NCBI GenBank assembly: GCA_002269645.1
Contig: NIVC01000646.1
Location: 124,001 to 188,000, forward strand
Direction of reading: 5' to 3'
DNA from: Macrostomum lignano
Taxonomy: Eukaryota
Length of the DNA stretch: 64,000 bases
The translations under genes were made by a program, and so were the position numbers. A model generated the notes under the pieces. The model was not told the origin of the DNA. It saw only the letters and a program-made list of their open reading frames with translations, and searched no databases. Of the stretch, positions 52,401 through 64,000 are shown in pieces. Positions within the stretch are counted from its first letter, which is position 1. The number at the start of each line of letters is the position of its first letter.

Positions 52401-55400
52401 CCACAGTCTGCAATCAGACAATGACCCACAGACTGCAATCAGACAATGACACACAGTCTGCAATCAGACAATGACCCACAGACTGCAATCAGACAATGAC
52501 CCACAGACTGCAATCAGACAATGACCCACAGACTGCAATCAGACAATGACCCACAGTCTGCAATCAGACAATGACCCACAGTCTGCAATCAGACAATGAC
52601 CCACAGACTGCAATCAGACAATGACCCACAGACTGCAATCAGACAATGAATGACCACAGTCTGCAATCAGACAATGACCCACAGTCTGCAATCAGACAAT
52701 GAATGACCACAGTCTGCAATCAGACAATGACCCACAGTCTGCAATCAGACAATGACCACAGTCTGCAATCAGACAATGAATGACACAGTCTGCAATCAGA
52801 CAATGACCCACAGACTGCAATCAGACAATGACCCACAGACTGCAATCAGACAATGACCCACAGTCTGCAATCAGACAATGAATGATCACAGTCTGCAATC
52901 AGACAATGACCCACAGACTGCAATCAGACAATGACCCACAGACTGCAATCAGACAATGACCCACAGACTGCAATCAGACAATGACCCACAGTCTGCAATC
53001 AGACAATGACCCACAGACTGCAATCAGACAATGACCACAGACTGCAATCAGACAATGACCCACAGACTGCAATCAGACAATGAATGACCACAGTCTGCAA
53101 TCAGACAATGACCCACAGTCTGCAATCAGACAATGAATGACCACAGTCTGCAATCAGACAATGACCACAGTCTGCAATCAGACAATGACCCACAGTCTGC
53201 AATCAGACAATGAATGACCACAGTCTGCAATCAGACAATGACCACAGTCTGCAATCAGACAATGACCCACAGTCTGCAATCAGACAATGAATGACCACAG
53301 TCTGCAATCAGACAATGACCCACAGACTGCAATCAGACAATGACCCACAGTCTGCAATCAGACAATGACACACAGTCTGCAATCAGACAATGACCACAGT
53401 CTGCAATCAGACAATGACCCACAGACTGCAATCAGACAATGACCCACAGACTGCAATCAGACAATGACCCACAGTCTGCAATCAGACAATGACCCACAGA
53501 CTGCAATCAGACAATGACCCACAGTCTGCAATCAGACAATGACCCACAGACTGCAATCAGACAATGACCCACAGTCTGCAATCAGACAATGACCCACAGT
53601 CTGCAATCAGACAATGACCCACAGACTGCAATCAGACAATGAATGACCACAGTCTGCAATCAGACAATGACCCACAGACTGCAATCAGACAATGACCCAC
53701 AGTCTGCAATCAGACAATGACCCACAGACTGCAATCAGACAATGACCCACAGTCTGCAATCAGACAATGACCCACAGTCTGCAATCAGACAATGACCCAC
53801 AGACTGCAATCAGACAATGAATGACCACAGTCTGCAATCAGACAATGACCCACAGACTGCAATCAGACAATGACCCACAGTCTGCAATCAGACAATGACC
53901 CACAGTCTGCAATCAGACAATGACCCACAGACTGCAATCAGACAATGACCCACAGTCTGCAATCAGACAATGACCCACAGACTGCAATCAGACAATGACC
54001 CACAGACTGCAATCAGACAATGACCCACAGTCTGCAATCAGACAATGACCCACAGTCTGCAATCAGACAATGAATGACACAGTCTGCAATCAGACAATGA
54101 CCCACAGACTGCAATCAGACAATGACCCACAGACTGCAATCAGACAATGACCCACAGACTGCAATCAGACAATGACCCACAGTCTGCAATCAGACAATGA
54201 CCCACAGACTGCAATCAGACAATGACCACAGACTGCAATCAGACAATGACCCACAGACTGCAATCAGACAATGAATGACCACAGTCTGCAATCAGACAAT
54301 GACCCACAGTCTGCAATCAGACAATGAATGACCACAGTCTGCAATCAGACAATGACCCACAGTCTGCAATCAGACAATGACCACAGTCTGCAATCAGACA
54401 ATGACACAGTCTGCAATCAGACAATGACCCACAGACTGCAATCAGACAATGACCCACAGACTGCAATCAGACAATGACCCACAGTCTGCAATCAGACAAT
54501 GAATGACACAGTGCAATCAGACAATGACCCACAGACTGCAATCAGACAATGACACAGACTGCAATCAGACAATGACCCACAGACTGCAATCAGACAATGA
54601 CCCACAGTCTGCAATCAGACAATGACCCACAGACTGCAATCAGACAATGACCACAGACTGCAATCAGACAATGACCCACAGACTGCAATCAGACAATGAA
54701 TGACTCACAGTCTGCAATCAGACAATGACCCACAGTCTGCAATCAGACAATGAATGACCACAGTCTGCAATCAGACAATGAATGACCACAGTCTGCAATC
54801 AGACAATGACCCACAGTCTGCAATCAGACAATGAATGACCACAGTCTGCAATCAGACAATGAATGACCACAGTCTGCAATCAGACAATGACCCACAGTCT
54901 GCAATCAGACAATGAATGACCACAGTCTGCAATCAGACAATGACCCACAGACTGCAATCAGACAATGACCCACAGTCTGCAATCAGACAATGACACAGTC
55001 TGCAATCAGACAATGACCCACAGTCTGCAATCAGACAATGACCCACAGACTGCAATCAGACAATGACCCACAGACTGCAATCAGACAATGACCCACAGTC
55101 TGCAATCAGACAATGACCCACAGACTGCAATCAGACAATGACCCACAGTCTGCAATCAGACAATGACCCACAGACTGCAATCAGACAATGACCCACAGTC
55201 TGCAATCAGACAATGACCCACAGTCTGCAATCAGACAATGACCCACAGACTGCAATCAGACAATGAATGACCACAGTCTGCAATCAGACAATGACCCACA
55301 GACTGCAATCAGACAATGACCCACAGTCTGCAATCAGACAATGACCCACAGTCTGCAATCAGACAATGACCCACAGACTGCAATCAGACAATGACCCACA

Positions 55401-58400
55401 GTCTGCAATCAGACAATGACCCACAGACTGCAATCAGACAATGACCCACAGACTGCAATCAGACAATGACCCACAGTCTGCAATCAGACAATGACCCACA
55501 GACTGCAATCAGACAATGACCCACAGACTGCAATCAGACAATGACCCACAGTCTGCAATCAGACAATGACCCACAGACTGCAATCAGACAATGACCCACA
55601 GTCTGCAATCAGACAATGACCCACAGTCTGCAATCAGACAATGACCCACAGTCTGCAATCAGACAATGACCCACAGACTGCAATCAGACAATGACCCAGT
55701 CTGCAATCAGACAATGACCCACAGACTGCAATCAGACAATGACCCACAGTCTGCAATCAGACAATGACCCACAGTCTGCAATCAGACAATGACCCACAGA
55801 CTGCAATCAGACAATGACCCACAGTCTGCAATCAGACAATGACCCACAGACTGCAATCAGACAATGACCCACAGTCTGCAATCAGACAATGACCCAGTCT
55901 GCAATCAGACAATGACCCACAGTCTGCAATCAGACAATGACCCACAGACTGCAATCAGACAATGACCCACAGTCTGCAATCAGACAATGACCCACAGTCT
56001 GCAATCAGACAATGACCCACAGTCTGCAATCAGACAATGACCCACAGTCTGCAATCAGACAATGACCCACAGTCTGCAATCAGACAATGACCCACAGACT
56101 GCAATCAGACAATGACCCACAGTCTGCAATCAGACAATGACCCACAGACTGCAATCAGACAATGACCCACAGTCTGCAATCAGACAATGACCCACAGTCT
56201 GCAATCAGACAATGACCCACAGACTGCAATCAGACAATGACCCACAGTCTGCAATCAGACAATGACCCACAGACTGCAATCAGACAATGACCCACAGTCT
56301 GCAATCAGACAATGACCACAGTCTGCAATCAGACAATGACCCACAGACTGCAATCAGACAATGACCCACAGTCTGCAATCAGACAATGACCCACAGACTG
56401 CAATCAGACAATGACCCACAGACTGCAATCAGACAATGACCCACAGTCTGCAATCAGACAATGACCCACAGTCTGCAATCAGACAATGAATGACCACAGT
56501 CTGCAATCAGACAATGACCCACAGTCTGCAATCAGACAATGACCCACAGTCTGCAATCAGACAATGACCCACAGACTGCAATCAGACAATGACCCACAGT
56601 CTGCAATCAGACAATGACCCACAGACTGCAATCAGACAATGACCCACAGTCTGCAATCAGACAATGACCCACAGACTGCAATCAGACAATGACCCACAGA
56701 CTGCAATCAGACAATGACCCACAGACTGCAATCAGACAATGACCCACAGACTGCAATCAGACAATGACCCACAGACTGCAATCAGACAATGACCCACAGA
56801 CTGCAATCAGACAATGACCACAGACTGCAATCAGACAATGACCCACAGTCTGCAATCAGACAATGAATGACCACAGTCTGCAATCAGACAATGACCCACA
56901 GTCTGCAATCAGACAATGAATGACCACAGTCTGCAATCAGACAATGACCCACAGTCTGCAATCAGACAATGACCCACAGTCTGCAATCAGACAATGACCC
57001 ACAGTCTGCAATCAGACAATGACCCACAGACTGCAATCAGACAATGACCCACAGTCTGCAATCAGACAATGACCCACAGACTGCAATCAGACAATGACAC
57101 AGACTGCAATCAGACAATGACCCACAGACTGCAATCAGACAATGACCCACAGACTGCAATCAGACAATGACCCACAGACTGCAATCAGACAATGACCACA
57201 GACTGCAATCAGACAATGACCCACAGACTGCAATCAGACAATGACCACAGTCTGCAATCAGACAATGACCCACAGTCTGCAATCAGACAATGAATGACCA
57301 CAGTCTGCAATCAGACAATGACCACAGTCTGCAATCAGACAATGACCCACAGTCTGCAATCAGACAATGAATGACCACAGTCTGCAATCAGACAATGACC
57401 CACAGTCTGCAATCAGACAATGACCCACAGTCTGCAATCAGACAATGAATGACCACAGTCTGCAATCAGACAATGACCCACAGACTGCAATCAGACAATG
57501 ACCACAGTCTGCAATCAGACAATGACCCACAGACTGCAATCAGACAATGACCCACAGTCTGCAATCAGACAATGACCCACAGACTGCAATCAGACAATGA
57601 CCCACAGTCTGCAATCAGACAATGACCCACAGTCTGCAATCAGACAATGACCCACAGACTGCAATCAGACAATGACCCACAGTCTGCAATCAGACAATGA
57701 CCCACAGACTGCAATCAGACAATGACCCACAGTCTGCAATCAGACAATGACCCACAGTCTGCAATCAGACAATGACCCACAGACTGCAATCAGACAATGA
57801 CCCACAGTCTGCAATCAGACAATGACCCACAGACTGCAATCAGACAATGACCCACAGTCTGCAATCAGACAATGACCCACAGACTGCAATCAGACAATGA
57901 CCCACAGTCTGCAATCAGACAATGACCCACAGTCTGCAATCAGACAATGACCCACAGACTGCAATCAGACAATGACCCACAGTCTGCAATCAGACAATGA
58001 CCCACAGTCTGCAATCAGACAATGACCCACAGACTGCAATCAGACAATGACCCACAGTCTGCAATCAGACAATGACCCACAGACTGCAATCAGACAATGA
58101 CCCACAGACTGCAATCAGACAATGACCCACAGTCTGCAATCAGACAATGACCCACAGTCTGCAATCAGACAATGACCCACAGTCTGCAATCAGACAATGA
58201 CCCACAGACTGCAATCAGACAATGACCCACAGTCTGCAATCAGACAATGACCCACAGACTGCAATCAGACAATGACCCACAGTCTGCAATCAGACAATGA
58301 CCCACAGTCTGCAATCAGACAATGACCCACAGTCTGCAATCAGACAATGACCCACAGTCTGCAATCAGACAATGACCCACAGACTGCAATCAGACAATGA

Positions 58401-61400
58401 CCCACAGTCTGCAATCAGACAATGACCCACAGTCTGCAATCAGACAATGACCCACAGTCTGCAATCAGACAATGACCCACAGTCTGCAATCAGACAATGA
58501 ATGACCACAGTCTGCAATCAGACAATGACCCACAGTCTGCAATCAGACAATGACCCACAGTCTGCAATCAGACAATGAATGACCACAGTCTGCAATCAGA
58601 CAATGACCCACAGTCTGCAATCAGACAATGACCACAGTCTGCAATCAGACAATGAATGACCACAGTCTGCAATCAGACAATGACCCACAGACTGCAATCA
58701 GACAATGACCCACAGTCTGCAATCAGACAATGACCCACAGTCTGCAATCAGACAATGACCCACAGTCTGCAATCAGACAATGACCCACAGTCTGCAATCA
58801 GACAATGACCCACAGACTGCAATCAGACAATGACCCACAGTCTGCAATCAGACAATGACCCACAGACTGCAATCAGACAATGACCCACAGACTGCAATCA
58901 GACAATGACCCACAGTCTGCAATCAGACAATGACCCACAGACTGCAATCAGACAATGACCCACAGTCTGCAATCAGACAATGACCCACAGTCTGCAATCA
59001 GACAATGACCCACAGACTGCAATCAGACAATGACCACAGTCTGCAATCAGACAATGACCCACAGACTGCAATCAGACAATGACCCACAGTCTGCAATCAG
59101 ACAATGACCCACAGTCTGCAATCAGACAATGACCCACAGACTGCAATCAGACAATGACCCACAGTCTGCAATCAGACAATGACCCACAGACTGCAATCAG
59201 ACAATGACCCACAGTCTGCAATCAGACAATGACCCACAGACTGCAATCAGACAATGACCCACAGACTGCAATCAGACAATGACCCACAGACTGCAATCAG
59301 ACAATGACCCACAGTCTGCAATCAGACAATGACCCACAGACTGCAATCAGACAATGACCCACAGTCTGCAATCAGACAATGACCCACAGTCTGCAATCAG
59401 ACAATGACCCACAGTCTGCAATCAGACAATGACCCACAGACTGCAATCAGACAATGACCCACAGTCTGCAATCAGACAATGACCCACAGACTGCAATCAG
59501 ACAATGACCCACAGTCTGCAATCAGACAATGACCCACAGTCTGCAATCAGACAATGACCCACAGACTGCAATCAGACAATGACCCACAGTCTGCAATCAG
59601 ACAATGACCCACAGACTGCAATCAGACAATGACCCACAGTCTGCAATCAGACAATGACCCACAGTCTGCAATCAGACAATGACCCACAGACTGCAATCAG
59701 ACAATGACCCACAGTCTGCAATCAGACAATGACCCACAGACTGCAATCAGACAATGACCCACAGTCTGCAATCAGACAATGACCCACAGACTGCAATCAG
59801 ACAATGACCCACAGACTGCAATCAGACAATGACCCACAGTCTGCAATCAGACAATGACCCACAGTCTGCAATCAGACAATGAATGACCACAGTCTGCAAT
59901 CAGACAATGACCCACAGTCTGCAATCAGACAATGACCCACAGTCTGCAATCAGACAATGACCCACAGACTGCAATCAGACAATGACCCACAGTCTGCAAT
60001 CAGACAATGACCCACAGTGCAATCAGACAATGACCCACAGACTGCAATCAGACAATGACCCACAGACTGCAATCAGACAATGACCCACAGACTGCAATCA
60101 GACAATGACCCACAGTCTGCAATCAGACAATGACCCACAGACTGCAATCAGACAATGACCCACAGACTGCAATCAGACAATGACCCACAGACTGCAATCA
60201 GACAATGACCACAGTCTGCAATCAGACAATGACCCACAGTCTGCAATCAGACAATGAATGACCACAGTCTGCAATCAGACAATGACCCACAGTCTGCAAT
60301 CAGACAATGACCCACAGTCTGCAATCAGACAATGACCCACAGACTGCAATCAGACAATGACCCACAGACTGCAATCAGACAATGACCCACAGTGCAATCA
60401 GACAATGACCCACAGACTGCAATCAGACAATGACACAGACTGCAATCAGACAATGACCCACAGACTGCAATCAGACAATGACCCACAGTCTGCAATCAGA
60501 CAATGACCCACAGACTGCAATCAGACAATGACCCACAGACTGCAATCAGACAATGACCCACAGACTGCAATCAGACAATGAATGACCACAGTCTGCAATC
60601 AGACAATGACCCACAGTCTGCAATCAGACAATGAATGACCACAGTCTGCAATCAGACAATGAATGACCACAGTCTGCAATCAGACAATGACCCACAGTCT
60701 GCAATCAGACAATGAATGACCACAGTCTGCAATCAGACAATGACCACAGTCTGCAATCAGACAATGACCCACAGTCTGCAATCAGACAATGAATGACCAC
60801 AGTCTGCAATCAGACAATGACCCACAGACTGCAATCAGACAATGACCCACAGTCTGCAATCAGACAATGACACAGTCTGCAATCAGACAATGACCCACAG
60901 TCTGCAATCAGACAATGACCCACAGACTGCAATCAGACAATGACCCACAGTCTGCAATCAGACAATGACCCACAGTCTGCAATCAGACAATGACCCACAG
61001 ACTGCAATCAGACAATGACCCACAGTCTGCAATCAGACAATGACCCACAGACTGCAATCAGACAATGACCCACAGTCTGCAATCAGACAATGACCCACAG
61101 TCTGCAATCAGACAATGACCCACAGACTGCAATCAGACAATGAATGACCACAGTCTGCAATCAGACAATGACCCACAGACTGCAATCAGACAATGACCCA
61201 CAGTCTGCAATCAGACAATGACCCACAGTCTGCAATCAGACAATGACCCACAGACTGCAATCAGACAATGACCCACAGTCTGCAATCAGACAATGACCCA
61301 CAGACTGCAATCAGACAATGACCCACAGACTGCAATCAGACAATGACCCACAGTCTGCAATCAGACAATGACCCACAGACTGCAATCAGACAATGACCCA

Positions 61401-64000
61401 CAGACTGCAATCAGACAATGACCCACAGTCTGCAATCAGACAATGACCCACAGACTGCAATCAGACAATGACCCACAGTCTGCAATCAGACAATGACCCA
61501 CAGTCTGCAATCAGACAATGACCCACAGTCTGCAATCAGACAATGACCCACAGACTGCAATCAGACAATGACCCACAGTCTGCAATCAGACAATGACCCA
61601 CAGACTGCAATCAGACAATGACCCACAGTCTGCAATCAGACAATGACCCACAGTCTGCAATCAGACAATGACCCACAGACTGCAATCAGACAATGACCCA
61701 CAGTCTGCAATCAGACAATGACCCACAGACTGCAATCAGACAATGACCCACAGTCTGCAATCAGACAATGACCCACAGACTGCAATCAGACAATGACCCA
61801 CAGTCTGCAATCAGACAATGACCCACAGACTGCAATCAGACAATGACCCACAGTCTGCAATCAGACAATGACCCACAGTCTGCAATCAGACAATGACCCA
61901 CAGTCTGCAATCAGACAATGACCCACAGACTGCAATCAGACAATGACCCACAGTCTGCAATCAGACAATGACCCACAGACTGCAATCAGACAATGACCCA
62001 CAGTCTGCAATCAGACAATGACCCACAGTCTGCAATCAGACAATGACCCACAGTCTGCAATCAGACAATGACCCACAGACTGCAATCAGACAATGACCCA
62101 CAGTCTGCAATCAGACAATGACCCACAGACTGCAATCAGACAATGACCACAGTCTGCAATCAGACAATGACCCACAGACTGCAATCAGACAATGACCCAC
62201 AGACTGCAATCAGACAATGACCCACAGTCTGCAATCAGACAATGACCCACAGACTGCAATCAGACAATGACCCACAGTCTGCAATCAGACAATGACCCAC
62301 AGACTGCAATCAGACAATGACCCACAGTCTGCAATCAGACAATGACCCACAGTCTGCAATCAGACAATGACCCACAGACTGCAATCAGACAATGAATGAC
62401 CACAGTCTGCAATCAGACAATGACCCACAGACTGCAATCAGACAATGACCCACAGTCTGCAATCAGACAATGACCCACAGTCTGCAATCAGACAATGACC
62501 CACAGACTGCAATCAGACAATGACCCACAGTCTGCAATCAGACAATGACCCACAGACTGCAATCAGACAATGACCCACAGACTGCAATCAGACAATGACC
62601 CACAGTCTGCAATCAGACAATGACCCACAGTCTGCAATCAGACAATGACACAGTCTGCAATCAGACAATGACCCACAGACTGCAATCAGACAATGACCCA
62701 CAGACTGCAATCAGACAATGACCCACAGACTGCAATCAGACAATGACCCACAGTCTGCAATCAGACAATGACCCACAGACTGCAATCAGACAATGACCCA
62801 CAGACTGCAATCAGACAATGACCCACAGACTGCAATCAGACAATGACCACAGTCTGCAATCAGACAATGACCCACAGTCTGCAATCAGACAATGAATGAC
62901 CACAGTCTGCAATCAGACAATGACCCACAGTCTGCAATCAGACAATGAATGACCACAGTCTGCAATCAGACAATGACACAGTCTGCAATCAGACAATGAC
63001 CCACAGACTGCAATCAGACAATGACCCACAGACTGCAATCAGACAATGACCCACAGTCTGCAATCAGACAATGACACAGTCTGCAATCAGACAATGACCC
63101 ACAGACTGCAATCAGACAATGACACAGACTGCAATCAGACAATGACCCACAGACTGCAATCAGACAATGACCCACAGTCTGCAATCAGACAATGACCCAC
63201 AGACTGCAATCAGACAATGACCACAGACTGCAATCAGACAATGACCCACAGACTGCAATCAGACAATGAATGACCACAGTCTGCAATCAGACAATGACCC
63301 ACAGTCTGCAATCAGACAATGAATGACCACAGTCTGCAATCAGACAATGAATGACCACAGTCTGCAATCAGACAATGACCCACAGTCTGCAATCAGACAA
63401 TGAATGACCACAGTCTGCAATCAGACAATGAATGACCACAGTCTGCAATCAGACAATGACCCACAGTCTGCAATCAGACAATGAATGACCACAGTCTGCA
63501 ATCAGACAATGACCCACAGACTGCAATCAGACAATGACCCACAGTCTGCAATCAGACAATGACACAGTCTGCAATCAGACAATGACCCACAGTCTGCAAT
63601 CAGACAATGACCCACAGACTGCAATCAGACAATGACCCACAGACTGCAATCAGACAATGACCCACAGTCTGCAATCAGACAATGACCCACAGACTGCAAT
63701 CAGACAATGACCCACAGTCTGCAATCAGACAATGACCCACAGACTGCAATCAGACAATGACCCACAGTCTGCAATCAGACAATGACCCACAGTCTGCAAT
63801 CAGACAATGACCCACAGACTGCAATCAGACAATGACCACAGTCTGCAATCAGACAATGACCCACAGACTGCAATCAGACAATGACCCACAGTCTGCAATC
63901 AGACAATGACCCACAGTCTGCAATCAGACAATGACCCACAGACTGCAATCAGACAATGACCCACAGTCTGCAATCAGACAATGACCCACAGACTGCAATC
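40424..64000. repeat. >23.5-kb 25-bp satellite (ACAATGACCCACAG[A/T]CTGCAATCAG), ~940 units, inside NR2 intron 12
   Basis: Uninterrupted array to the window end, with two main single-base variants and recurrent indel variants. Confidence 0.99.

Noticed and set aside
40424-64000. CRISPR-like or coding interpretation of the 25-bp array
   Set aside because: There are no unique spacers, the context is a eukaryotic intron, and TGA recurs in every frame on both strands.

Overview
Eukaryotic (invertebrate, probably flatworm such as Macrostomum; this is an inference from intron style and repeat load) genomic DNA in which tandem repeats dominate. Two spliced genes sit head to head. (1) A + strand NMDA receptor NR2/GluN2-type subunit: 12 GT-AG exons from 28691 to 40395 join in one frame of 969 codons (signal peptide, ATD, S1, M1-M3 with SYTANLAAF, S2, M4). 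The C-terminal tail is not found: intron 12 is a >23.5 kb 25-bp satellite that runs off the window. (2) A - strand gene ending in a Par-6/KIAA1614-type PDZ domain (exons 17436-17304, 11585-11326, 9881-9389, 8167-7992). Almost every long intron holds its own unrelated minisatellite, and several of these arrays are built from splice signals: a 14-fold tandem duplication of a real 3' splice site, an AG-free branch-point microsatellite, and about 940 acceptor-like units. Mobile elements include a 5'-truncated RNase H LINE with a 13-bp TSD, a hAT transposase relic and several hAT-type non-autonomous elements with 8-bp TSDs, one carrying a 28S rRNA helix-69/R2-target fragment. Most long ORFs in the supplied track are repeat artefacts. 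No CRISPR array or tRNA was seen.
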